Assembly: GCA_002780175.1 (NCBI GenBank)
Contig: PEVT01000048.1
Location: 8,754 to 72,753, forward strand
Direction: 5' to 3'
Origin: Candidatus Moranbacteria bacterium CG06_land_8_20_14_3_00_40_12
GTDB taxonomy: Bacteria; Patescibacteriota; Minisyncoccia; Moranbacterales; UBA2206
Length of the DNA stretch: 64,000 nt
A model generated the notes under the pieces. It had not been told where the DNA came from. It saw only the letters and a list, made by a program, of their open reading frames with translations, and did no database searches. Made by a program: the position numbers and the translations under genes. How positions within the stretch are numbered: position 1 is the stretch's first letter; each line of letters opens with the position of its first letter. This document shows positions 51,226-60,695 of this stretch, in pieces.

Positions 51226-51357
51226 ATCCCGCACTAACTTTGCACTGCGCCAAGTGCGTAAAATATTTAGTAAAATTATTGATACTGGATTTATCTTTAT
51301 TTTGTTGCATTATGTTACAGGCGCAAAATATTAATTGGTGCAAAGTTAGCGCGGGAT
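51226..51357. mobile_element. MITE-like element with 20-bp terminal inverted repeats
   Basis: ATCCCGCACTAACTTTGCAC / GTGCAAAGTTAGCGCGGGAT (19/20). Confidence 0.7.
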
Positions 51358-52920
51358 TTATTGCAAAATATAATAAACACTGCCAAGAGAGTTGATAATT
51401 TTTTTCGGAACAAGATTGGGAAATTTCAGCTGAAGTTCATTTTTGGCATTTTGGTTGTTTTCGGTAAAAAATACTATTGAGTTATTCGGATTCCGCGGGT
51501 TTATTTTAGGGAGTTCGTTGGGATAGAAAAATTGGACATTATCATCCAAGGTGAATAGCCAAATGGGCAATCTTTCCAGCGTGTTATTGCTACCAGTAAC
51601 GACGAATTTTTCTTGCGCTTTGGGCAGGGCTTGGATGTATTTGGAAATATCCGTCAGATTTTTGTTAAAAGAATTACCCACTATTGTTTTATTGGCCCAG
51701 AAATAATGATATTTGATTGTATTGAAAGCTCCTAGGGAAAGAAGCGCGAAAATAACCAAAGAAAAGATAATTTTTCTGAAAATTAAATTGTGTTCTTCCG
51801 CTTTTTCCAAAAAGAAATTAAAAGTCAAAGCGCTGAAAATGAAAACTACCGGCAAAGTTCCGATGGACCGCAAAGCGTGCGGGTTGCCTTCGGCGGTCAT
51901 AAATTCCGGGGCCAGCATTATAAAAAACCAAAAGATTAAAAAAGTGTGAACGGCCAATTCCGGATCGCGGATTTTTCGCTTAATCCGCCGATAAAGTTTT
52001 TGAAAAAACAGGAAAAAAGAGAAAATTATTCCAAAAAGAAAAGCAATGCCGGTGAGAGGATCCAGAAGCGGATAAGGAGGATAATTATGCCGCCAATTCT
52101 GGTCGCCCCAAAAATTATATTTAACCAAACTCAAGGAAAAGCTTCTGGCAAAAGTTTGAATTGTTTTTCCTTTATTAACTTTGGGGGAAAAAACAGAAAT
52201 GGAATCAAAGCGGGATTCAAAATATTCCGGATGAGCTTTAAAGGTATAAAGCATGGGAAAGGCAACAATCAGAGAAGAAAAGAGAAAAATTAAAACGCCT
52301 CTCCAGTAAGTTTTAAGAAAATTTTCTCGGGAAAGGACAAAAAAGATTAAAAGCATAATTAAAATTAAAGGAGAGATTCTCCAGGCGATATAGGTGTGGA
52401 TGCCTAGTCCGCAAAAAAAACCGCTTATGGCAAAGTCGATTTTTTTTCTAGTTCGCAGAGCCCGAAAAAGAAAATAAAAAGTAAAAACCAGAATAAAGGG
52501 CAGCATATTGGCGCGAAAAGAAATACGGCTGAAATTTAAAGGCCAAAAGGAAACGGCGACTAGAAATGAGCTGATAAGCCCAATTCTTTTATTGAAAATT
52601 TCTTGACCAAGCAAAAATATTCCCAATATCACCAAAGTTCCGGAAAGAATAGCGGGTAATTTAAGCGTTAAAATACTGATGCCAAAAAGCTTAAAACATA
52701 AAGCAATTAAATTCATAAAAAGTCCTTCCCGACCCTGATTAGCCGGATAAAACCATTGGTAATTGCCGGTATTATTGGCTTGAATAGCATCTTCGCCATT
52801 GATGGCTTCATCCGGGTAAATTCCCGGAGGCGTGTTTTCAATATTATAGACCCGTAAGAATAATCCTAAAGATAAAATCAAAAACAACAAAAAATAGATT
52901 AACTTTTTTTTATTTTCCAT
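51358..52920 (-). CDS. GT-C (ArnT/PMT-like) glycosyltransferase
   Basis: LRVYNI..PPGIYPDEA, FSRISFRA, PHALRS, multiple TMs. Confidence 0.85.
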   Translation of the reverse strand: MENKKKLIYFLLFLILSLGLFLRVYNIENTPPGIYPDEAINGEDAIQANNTGNYQWFYPANQGREGLFMNLIALCFKLFGISILTLKLPAILSGTLVILGIFLLGQEIFNKRIGLISSFLVAVSFWPLNFSRISFRANMLPFILVFTFYFLFRALRTRKKIDFAISGFFCGLGIHTYIAWRISPLILIMLLIFFVLSRENFLKTYWRGVLIFLFSSLIVAFPMLYTFKAHPEYFESRFDSISVFSPKVNKGKTIQTFARSFSLSLVKYNFWGDQNWRHNYPPYPLLDPLTGIAFLFGIIFSFFLFFQKLYRRIKRKIRDPELAVHTFLIFWFFIMLAPEFMTAEGNPHALRSIGTLPVVFIFSALTFNFFLEKAEEHNLIFRKIIFSLVIFALLSLGAFNTIKYHYFWANKTIVGNSFNKNLTDISKYIQALPKAQEKFVVTGSNNTLERLPIWLFTLDDNVQFFYPNELPKINPRNPNNSIVFFTENNQNAKNELQLKFPNLVPKKIINSLGSVYYILQ

Positions 52921-53100
52921 TTTAGTTTTGTTTTTAACTGGTCAAATTATACCATAAATTTATTCTAATATCCACAGCAGGAGCCTTGGAGATAGGAGTA
53001 AAATTAATGTTTTTGTGGTATAATGAAAGAGCTAAAAAAGGATAAGCGAAAAAGGAGAAAATCCGCCGGGTTAAGTTTTAATCAATTAAAAAATAAGCTT

Positions 53101-53544
53101 ATGTCGGTTCTTGATCCCATCTCCAAAGGAGATTTAAATTTAAAAGACAAGTTTATGGAAAAGACGGAAGATTCGGAGAAGAATTCTTCAGGCCAAGGCG
53201 CCGAAAAGGAATCTGGAGAGATTAAATATGCTCCGGAAAAAAACAAAGAAGGCGCGCCGGAGAAAAAAGAGGAAACTTATTCTAAAATACTTTCCCAGGT
53301 AACTTCTTATAAACCAGCCGATACCCAAAATTTGGAAGAAGACGCGCGAAAAGTTCAGGCGGAAAAAGAAGTTAAAGCCAAAATAACCAAACTAGTGGGG
53401 TTAGCCAGGGGAAAAGGAGTTATTTACGCCGTTAAAGTGGCGAGAAAAGTGGAAGATAATTATACCCTGGACGAATTTCATGATTGTCTGGCGCATGAAT
53501 TCCAGGCGGCTTTAATTAAAGAAGGTTTAATTAAAGAAATTTAA
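53101..53544 (+). CDS. Hypothetical protein
   Basis: C-terminal KGVIYAVKVARK...YTLDEFHD; ATG 53023 overlaps a TGGTATAAT -10 box, so a later start is likely. Confidence 0.65.
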   Translation: MSVLDPISKGDLNLKDKFMEKTEDSEKNSSGQGAEKESGEIKYAPEKNKEGAPEKKEETYSKILSQVTSYKPADTQNLEEDARKVQAEKEVKAKITKLVGLARGKGVIYAVKVARKVEDNYTLDEFHDCLAHEFQAALIKEGLIKEI

Positions 53545-53560
53545 ATTTCGAAAAAAAAGC

Positions 53561-53693
53561 GTCATCCCAAACGGAATCCCGGGTATTCGGGACGAAGTCG
53601 AAGGATCTACTTTGTAAATTTTAATTAGATCCCCTGCCTACCGACCCGCCTATCGGAGGTCAGGCAGACAGGCTCGACGAAGCCCGGGATGAT
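53561..53693. repeat. Nested palindromic element (GTCAT family with internal palindromes)
   Basis: GTCATCCC...GGGATGAT with an interrupted CCTGCCTACCG...GGCAGACAGG inside. Confidence 0.65.
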
Positions 53694-53735
53694 ATGGAAT
53701 TAACTGATAATTTCATCAAATAATATTTATTTTTT

Positions 53736-56207
53736 ATGCCGGCCATAGATTCATTGTTTGTTTTAGTGGTAATCCTTTTTGGATTGACGGCTTTATTCAG
53801 CGGACTGCTTTTGGTGTTGCGCAGTTTTTTAAATTTTCGGATAAATATCCATCGTTCCATAAACATGGATTTGGAAATAATCCGAGTTTCCAAAATTAAC
53901 CGTCCCAAAGAAGAACAGGAAAAACAGGAATTTTGGAAAGAAGAAATCGGAGCGATGGAGCAGCTTTTGACTTCGCTTTCCGGATTCAAAGAAACCGGCG
54001 GTTGGTGGAAACGGCTCATTTACGGACAGCCGCATATTTCTTTTGAAATTGCCAATTCGGCTAAAGACGAGGAAATAATTTTTTTCGTGGCCATGCCTAA
54101 AAAATTCAGAGAAGCCATAGAAAAGCAAATTAACAGTTTTTTCCCCAACGCTTCCTTGGAACTTTCCCAGGATTTTAATATTTTCTATCCCGGCAGCGTT
54201 ACTTGCGCTTCCATTTTAAAATTAAAAAACAACTATATTTTCCCCATAAAAACTTATGAAAATCTGGAAATAGATCCGCTTAACGCTTTAACAAACGCTT
54301 TAAGCAAGCTAAGCAGAACGGAAGAGGGAGCGGCGGTTCAGCTGGTTTTTTGTCCGGTATTGCCCGGCTGGAGAATGAAAGGCCGGAAAATTGCCAGAGA
54401 AATGCAACAAGGAAAAAGATTGAGCCAGGTTTATTCAAAATCCTTTTTGTCCAAAGTCGGGAAAGAAATGGGAGACACTTTTTATAAAACCGTCATCAAA
54501 TCGGAGAAAGCGGAAAATAAAGGAGGATTAGACTCCAAATCGGTTCAACTGACCCCAGAAGAGCAGGAGCTGGTTAAAAGCATTGATCAAAAGTCCAGTA
54601 AAGCCGGGTTCGCGGTTAACATTCGCTTAGTCGCTTCTTCCGAAAGCCAGGAAAGATCGCAGCAGATTTTATCCCAGCTGGAAAACGCCTTTGTTCAGTA
54701 TGAAAATTCCGATCTTAATTGTTTTCAGATTTTCAAGAGAGTCGATCAGAAAGACATAGCTTTTGATTTTATTTTTCGGAATTTTATTTCCAACCAGGCG
54801 ATGATACTCAATGTCGAAGAAATCGCCAGTATTTTTCATTTACCCATTTCAGTTACCGAAGCGCCGAGAATCAAATGGCTCAAATCCAATATGGCCGCGC
54901 CGCCAGTGGATATTCCCCAGGAAGGCTTGATTTTAGGGTTTAACGATTATCGGGGAACTAAGACCAGCATCCGCATTACGGATGAAGATCGCCGGAGGCA
55001 TCTTTATTCTATCGGCCAGACCGGAACCGGAAAATCAAACTTTCTCCAGGAAATGGCCAAACAAGACGCTAAAAACGGCAAAGGTTTTTGCTTTATTGAT
55101 CCGCATGGCCAAGCCGTGGAAGATATTTTAAGCTGTATTCCCAAGGAAAGAGCCGAGGATGTGGTTATTTTCGATCCCTCGGACGTAGAGCGGCCTTTCG
55201 GCTTGAATATGCTGGAATATGACGAAAAACGTCCGGAACAGAAAACTTTCGTGATCAACGAAATGATTGGGATCTTTGATCAGTTGTATGATTTGCGGCA
55301 GACCGGCGGGCCGATGTTCGAGCAATATGTGAGGAACGCCATGCTTTTAGTGATGGAAGATCCCCAATCCGGTTCCACTTTGATGGAAATTCCCAAAGTG
55401 CTGGCGGATGAAGGTTTCAGGAAAATGAAGCTGTCCCGCTGCCAGAATCCGGTAGTGGTTGATTTTTGGACCAAGGAAGCGGAAAAAGCCGGCGGAGAAG
55501 CGGCTCTGGCTAATATGGTGCCCTACATCACTTCCAAGCTCACCACTTTTATTTCCAACGATATGATGAGGCCGATTATCGCCCAGCAAAAAAGCACCAT
55601 TAATTTCCGGCAAATCATGGATCAGAAAAAAATTCTACTAATTAATCTTTCTAAAGGGAAAATCGGCGAAATCAACGCGAGGCTTTTGGGAATGGTGATT
55701 GTGGGTAAAATTTTAATGGCGGCGCTCTCAAGAGTGGATATTCCAGAAGAAGAGCGGGTGGATTTTTATCTGTATATGGACGAGTTCCAAAATGTGACTA
55801 CCAATTCCATCGCGCAAATTCTTTCCGAAGCCCGGAAATACCGCCTGTGTTTGATTTTAGCCAATCAGTTCATCGGTCAGCTAAAAGAAGAAATTTCCAA
55901 GGCGGTTTTTGGCAATGTGGGTTCTTTGATTTCTTTCCGGGTGGGTTCGGAAGACGGAGAATTTCTGGAAAAACAATTCGCGCCGGTTTTTTCTCAAAAC
56001 GATCTGGTTAATGTGGATAATTATAACGGTTTTGCCAAAATTCTGGTAAAAAATATTTTAACCAAGCCGTTTAACATCAAGACTTATCCGCCGACCAAAG
56101 GCAATCCGGAAATTTCCCAGGCGCTTAAAGAATTATCGCGCCTCAAATACGGCCGGGACAAAGATATCGTCAACAAAGAAATTATGGAACGGATCAAATT
56201 GGTTTAA
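53736..56207 (+). CDS. VirB4/TraD/HerA-like ATPase (DUF87-type)
   Basis: DRRRHLYSIGQTGTGKS, IDPHG, YMDEFQN, LSEARKY. Confidence 0.88.
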   Translation: MPAIDSLFVLVVILFGLTALFSGLLLVLRSFLNFRINIHRSINMDLEIIRVSKINRPKEEQEKQEFWKEEIGAMEQLLTSLSGFKETGGWWKRLIYGQPHISFEIANSAKDEEIIFFVAMPKKFREAIEKQINSFFPNASLELSQDFNIFYPGSVTCASILKLKNNYIFPIKTYENLEIDPLNALTNALSKLSRTEEGAAVQLVFCPVLPGWRMKGRKIAREMQQGKRLSQVYSKSFLSKVGKEMGDTFYKTVIKSEKAENKGGLDSKSVQLTPEEQELVKSIDQKSSKAGFAVNIRLVASSESQERSQQILSQLENAFVQYENSDLNCFQIFKRVDQKDIAFDFIFRNFISNQAMILNVEEIASIFHLPISVTEAPRIKWLKSNMAAPPVDIPQEGLILGFNDYRGTKTSIRITDEDRRRHLYSIGQTGTGKSNFLQEMAKQDAKNGKGFCFIDPHGQAVEDILSCIPKERAEDVVIFDPSDVERPFGLNMLEYDEKRPEQKTFVINEMIGIFDQLYDLRQTGGPMFEQYVRNAMLLVMEDPQSGSTLMEIPKVLADEGFRKMKLSRCQNPVVVDFWTKEAEKAGGEAALANMVPYITSKLTTFISNDMMRPIIAQQKSTINFRQIMDQKKILLINLSKGKIGEINARLLGMVIVGKILMAALSRVDIPEEERVDFYLYMDEFQNVTTNSIAQILSEARKYRLCLILANQFIGQLKEEISKAVFGNVGSLISFRVGSEDGEFLEKQFAPVFSQNDLVNVDNYNGFAKILVKNILTKPFNIKTYPPTKGNPEISQALKELSRLKYGRDKDIVNKEIMERIKLV

Positions 56208-56386
56208 AAAAATGTCATTGCCTGCCTGCCGGCAGGCAGGCGAAGAAGTTTCGCCTCAAAACAATCGCGGCAGTCTAAATGTATTGTCCGTAAAAACAAA
56301 AAAGCTTTCTATTGAAGCTTTTTTAAATTTTATATGGCATTTCGGCGTCATCCAAAATCATCGCGCCATTTCGCGCGTGGTCGCGA

Positions 56387-56620
56387 TTAAATTTTGGGGT
56401 AGTTTTTATCAAAATCAGGGTTTATTTTTTTAAACCAGGGACAATCCCAGCATTGGTATATTTTTTTAACTACTTTCGGACAGAAAGGTTCTTTGCTTAA
56501 TGAGCCCGCGATAAACCAGCATTCTTTTCCTGAATCGGTCGTGTATGCGGGACATTTTTTTCTGACCTCGATATCGCAATTTTGGAGTTCCCAACAATTT
56601 TGGGGTTCTTTTTCACTCGT
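56387..56620 (-). pseudogene. Two-CW-type Cys-rich small protein lacking a canonical start (ACG)
   Basis: (T)SEKEPQNCWELQNC...CPAY...CWFIAG...C...CWDCPWFK; not in the ORF track. Confidence 0.6.
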
Positions 56621-56827
56621 AGTGGAATATGGATTTAATTATTATATAATTTTTATGTCCGCGAAACAATAAACAACATCACGCGCAATGTTTCGGAATA
56701 CGCGATGTTCGTTTTTTGGATTTATTGAACTAATTTGTGATTTGACTTAGGGCTATTTTATCACACTTTAACTTATTCCAGAAGTGCAAAATTTTTAACC
56801 AGATATACCGTGCTATATGATGTAAAT

Positions 56828-57232
56828 TTAGCTTATTCGTAGTTTATTCCAAAGCTTGTTAATGTCGACTTCAATTTTTGCTAAATTGGGCCAAGTATTT
56901 AATCTGTCATCTTTAAATCTCGGCAGTAAATGAAAATGAAAATGAAAAACTGATTGCTGGCCGTCTTTTCCGCTTGCGTGCATTAGATTCATACCCGTCG
57001 CATTTATTTTTTGTTTATATTCCAGCGTCAATCTCCGGGCTACTTTTACTAATTCACAAAGAATGTCAGATGGAATATCATATAAATCAGCATAATGCTT
57101 TTTTGGCGCAACTAAAGTATGTCCATAAGCTTCAATTTCTTTAGGTAGAAAACATATCACATTTTCATTTTCATAAATAATTTTCGCCGGCGCTTTTCTA
57201 TTAACAATTTGGCAAAATTTGCAATTGTCCAT
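56828..57232 (-). CDS. HIT-family hydrolase
   Basis: CKFCQI, GHTLVAPKKH, QSVFHFHFHLLPR. Confidence 0.93.
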   Translation of the reverse strand: MDNCKFCQIVNRKAPAKIIYENENVICFLPKEIEAYGHTLVAPKKHYADLYDIPSDILCELVKVARRLTLEYKQKINATGMNLMHASGKDGQQSVFHFHFHLLPRFKDDRLNTWPNLAKIEVDINKLWNKLRIS

Positions 57233-57336
57233 ATTTTATAAATTATATCAGGGCTAAATTTATTTCAGCTAGTTCATTTATACGCGAAAACGCTTCGCGT
57301 ATAATAGAAAATCGTGTATTTTATTTTAAATTGCCG

Positions 57337-59532
57337 TTAATCGGCTAAAAAGGATTGAACGGTGTTTTCGGCGGAAAAGTAAACGGTGTTGGTATCTTCG
57401 TTCACGGCAAAATCAGTAGAGTCGGCAATTTCCGGATGATAATATTGGGCCAATATTTTTCCGGTCAGATCCAGTTTGACGACGCGGGAATTAGCTTTAT
57501 CCAAAATCCAGATGTTTTGGCCGTTAATTTTAGCGGCGACTTTAAAGGGCAGGATTTTAGCGGGAGTTTCTTCAATAGTCAGATCTTGTTTTTTCCCCCG
57601 GAAAAGTTTCAGCAGATTTTCCGGTTCGGCCAGATAGATATTTTCATTGATGGCGATGTCGGAAGCCCGGGCAATGTCAAAATCCTCTTTTTTCCAGTTG
57701 ATTTTTTCCCCAAAGCCGCCTTCGGCGCGGGGATAGCGGTAGATTTGATTGTTGGCCGAATCCACCAAATAAAGGTAAGTCAAGTAAGTGCCAGCCAGGA
57801 TTATTTTGGCGCTCTCCGGAAGATTAAGGATATTATCCTGGAATTTTTTGGAAACCGGGCTGAAAGCCAGGGCTTTGCCTTGCGGATTAATTAAAATTAT
57901 CAGATCGAGATCGTTTATGCCGGAAGCAACCTCGATTTTTTTAAAGGTTTCGGGAATGGCAAATTCCTGCTGATTTTCCAGGTCAAATATTTTTTTATCC
58001 GAAAAAGCGAAAATTTTATCTTTGAGATTTATCAAACGGACGATTTCTTCCGAAAAATTAACGGCTGAATTTAAATTTTCCAGGCGCGTCAAGCCAGGTT
58101 CATTTTCCAGAGGAATTATAACCGGAGCGGTTTCGACAATTTGGCTGGCCAGCTTTTTCTGCTCCATATTTTTCTGGATTTTGACAATGAAAACAGGGAC
58201 GACAAAAATCAAAAAAATAATTACCAAAGCATAAAGTTTTTGCTTTCCGGTCATTCGGGCAAAGAGTTTTCGAAGGATGTAAAAATCAGGGAAAAAGCGG
58301 AACTTTTTTTCCATTGATGGAACAGAAACTTCTCCGGGAGAAAAATCAGATTCGATGTTTGCAATCGCCGGCGCGGATTTTTTGAATAAACGGAAGAATC
58401 TGTTGATAATCCAGACGACGCAATCCTTAAAGAAAGAAAAAATAAGCGCTAAAAGGCGGCCGAAAAAGAGCCCTATCCGGATTATTTTTTCCTTAAAAGG
58501 ATAAGTCTTTAAGCTTTTTAAAAAAGGTTGTATTTTTTCTCCGACTTTTTTAGCTTGAATTTGCAATAAAGAGCCCGATTGATCAAAATAAGCTTTCTTT
58601 TTGAAAAGAAAAAAAGAAGAAATTTTTTCGAATTTTTCGGGTTTTGCGGATTCTTTGATATAAATATGTCCGACTTTAGGCGTTTTTTCTTTGGGTGGAA
58701 GAAATTGATCCGGGATTTTTTCCATTTTGACTTCCGGCGCCATTTTTCTTTTTAAGGCAGGCTTGGAAAAGACGGAATTGCTAAAAACGTTCATTTTTTC
58801 CGCTTTTCTGGAAACAGGAAGAACAAGTTCCTCTTTTTCCCTGATATCCACTACCAAAGCCGCCGCCTTTTCCAATTTATTAACCAATACAGTTCTTAAA
58901 AATTGGGCGAAATCTTTTTCGGAAAAATTTAAAGCGTTGTTTTTTATTTCTTCCAAATCCAGGACATCGAGAATATTATCGGTGATAATAATAAGCTTAT
59001 CCTGGTTTTCCAATTTCCCGCTGGAAATATTAACGAAAGTTTTTAAAGGATTAGGTTCGAGATTATCAGGTGATAAATCCTCGCTGATATTGGTCAAGTA
59101 GCCGTTGCGCAATAAAAGGGCTAAAGTATTTCCGGTCTGGGTAAGATGCAAGTTTTGTTTTTCCGCCACGGCGCAAAGAGCGTTAATTTTTCCAATCCAA
59201 TTGATATTGCCGTATTCGGCCAGTTTAGCCAGAGCCAGATTGGCTTTATGGAGGGCGGCTTCAAAACTTTCCACCGCCCCTCTTTTGGGCCGGGAAAAAT
59301 ATTCTTTTTTAATCACGGAAATCAGATAATTTACGATATAGGAAGAATCTTCCGAATTATCGTTAATTTCAAAAATTCCCAAAAGAGCGCCCAGATCTTT
59401 TTGAGTGATATTTTCCGGTTCGTGCACGAAAACTTCCAAAAAAGGGCGATTTTCTTTGTCGTTGCAGACTAAAATTTCCTCAAAAAAAGATTCCATTTCG
59501 GTAATTTTTTTTCCCAATTTTTTTTTCAACAT
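57337..59532 (-). CDS. Membrane protein with degenerate PP2C-like N-terminus and C-terminal beta-propeller
   Basis: FEAALHKAN, TGNTLALLLRNG, single TM, NHL-like YLVDSANNQI / WILDKANSRV. Confidence 0.7.
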   Translation of the reverse strand: MLKKKLGKKITEMESFFEEILVCNDKENRPFLEVFVHEPENITQKDLGALLGIFEINDNSEDSSYIVNYLISVIKKEYFSRPKRGAVESFEAALHKANLALAKLAEYGNINWIGKINALCAVAEKQNLHLTQTGNTLALLLRNGYLTNISEDLSPDNLEPNPLKTFVNISSGKLENQDKLIIITDNILDVLDLEEIKNNALNFSEKDFAQFLRTVLVNKLEKAAALVVDIREKEELVLPVSRKAEKMNVFSNSVFSKPALKRKMAPEVKMEKIPDQFLPPKEKTPKVGHIYIKESAKPEKFEKISSFFLFKKKAYFDQSGSLLQIQAKKVGEKIQPFLKSLKTYPFKEKIIRIGLFFGRLLALIFSFFKDCVVWIINRFFRLFKKSAPAIANIESDFSPGEVSVPSMEKKFRFFPDFYILRKLFARMTGKQKLYALVIIFLIFVVPVFIVKIQKNMEQKKLASQIVETAPVIIPLENEPGLTRLENLNSAVNFSEEIVRLINLKDKIFAFSDKKIFDLENQQEFAIPETFKKIEVASGINDLDLIILINPQGKALAFSPVSKKFQDNILNLPESAKIILAGTYLTYLYLVDSANNQIYRYPRAEGGFGEKINWKKEDFDIARASDIAINENIYLAEPENLLKLFRGKKQDLTIEETPAKILPFKVAAKINGQNIWILDKANSRVVKLDLTGKILAQYYHPEIADSTDFAVNEDTNTVYFSAENTVQSFLAD

Positions 59533-59570
59533 AAAAAATTAATTGATTTTAATTCCGCGCCGGTATTATT

Positions 59571-60191
59571 TTATGATTTTTGAGGGATATTTTCCAGAAT
59601 TTTACGCGACTGGCTTTTTTTGTAGAAAGTTATAAAAAAAACGAAAAAAACAGCCAGAATAAAAATAATGATTCCCGCGTATTTCAGATAATCATTGATT
59701 TTTTCAAAAGCGTAGCCAAAGAAAAATCCGCTGATAACCAGAAATCCGCTCCAAACTATGCCACCCCAAAAAGAAGCGCGCAAAAATTTCTGGAATTCCA
59801 TTTTCAAGGTTCCCGCCAGGATAAAAGTTATCCAACAAAGTCCGGTGGTCGATTTTACATAGAAAATAGTTTTTTGGCCGTGGCGGGTAAAAAGGCGGCG
59901 CAATTTATCCATAGTGATAAAATTAATTTTGAGCAATTTTTCCATGCGGGAAAGCATTAAAGAGCCGCCAAAATAACCCAGAGCGTAAAGAATGATATCT
60001 CCGACAATATCACCCAAGATACTCAATAAAAAAATCATCCAGATATTAAAAAATCCCAAGCTGGCCAAAAAGGCGCCGATGATGGTGATTATCGGACCTT
60101 CAACAATCATGATTAGAAAAAGAGAGGGATAACCGAAAGTTTTTATGTAATATAAAACTTGCGGATCGGAAAAGTCAATTGGATTAAACAT
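59571..60191 (-). CDS. DedA-family membrane protein
   Basis: EGP, GDIVGDIILYALG, AGTLKM. Confidence 0.9.
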   Translation of the reverse strand: MFNPIDFSDPQVLYYIKTFGYPSLFLIMIVEGPIITIIGAFLASLGFFNIWMIFLLSILGDIVGDIILYALGYFGGSLMLSRMEKLLKINFITMDKLRRLFTRHGQKTIFYVKSTTGLCWITFILAGTLKMEFQKFLRASFWGGIVWSGFLVISGFFFGYAFEKINDYLKYAGIIIFILAVFFVFFITFYKKSQSRKILENIPQKS

Positions 60192-60387
60192 AGGAAATTG
60201 GGGGATTTATTGCCTTCATTTTAGCATAAATCGGGGAAAAAGAGAATCAGCGATTCTTGATTAAAAAATTTTGCCCCAAAAGGCGAATTCAATCCAAGGT
60301 TTACAGGTAATTAAGCGTGTTTGAAGTGGTTTTACTTTTGGGCTGATTGGCGGTAAAATAAGATCAGATTGAGTCAAAAACCGCCGA

Positions 60388-60413
60388 AGTATGTAATTTG
60401 GTATGTAATAAAA
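60388..60413. promoter_or_regulatory. 8-6-8 palindromic site, copy 3 (degenerate left arm)
   Basis: AGTATGTA-ATTTGG-TATGTAAT-AAAA. Confidence 0.5.
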
Positions 60414-60421
60414 TAGAACTC

Positions 60422-60613
60422 ATGTATATAATGTATATTGACGAATCCGGAGATACTGTGCCAATTTCTCAAAAAGGAAAGAATTTTTTAATTTTGACCG
60501 GTTGTATCTTACATGAAAATGATAAGTTTACAATTGAAGGAGGAATCAAAAAAAGGCCTTCGATATTTTTCGTAAGGTCTTTTTTCGATGGGCGCGATTG
60601 CCTCGCGACCTGA
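60422..60613 (+). pseudogene. Truncated DUF3800-family gene
   Basis: MYIMYIDESGD...FLILTGCIL matches the DUF3800 N-terminus, then similarity stops after about 40 aa. Confidence 0.7.
60548..60612 (-). ncRNA. Putative small antisense RNA linked to DUF3800
   Basis: Minus-strand TTGCAT-16-TATAAT (extended TG) at 60618-60645; CGCGA/TCGCG hairpin; terminator hairpin with U-run. Confidence 0.45.
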
Positions 60614-60695
60614 TTGCATTATAGCATATAGATAAGATGATGCAAGTCGATTGCGGATAACTTAAAAATTTGCTTTACTTAAGGGATTTTGTAGA

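Noticed and set aside
53736-56207. Conjugative element around the VirB4-like ATPase
   Set aside because: No relaxase, VirB6/VirB8 or integrase nearby; looks like a stand-alone chromosomal ATPase
56212-56433. 73-aa ORF MSLPACRQAG...
   Set aside because: N-terminus is the translated 20-bp palindrome element and it overlaps the better-supported minus-strand Cys-rich frame
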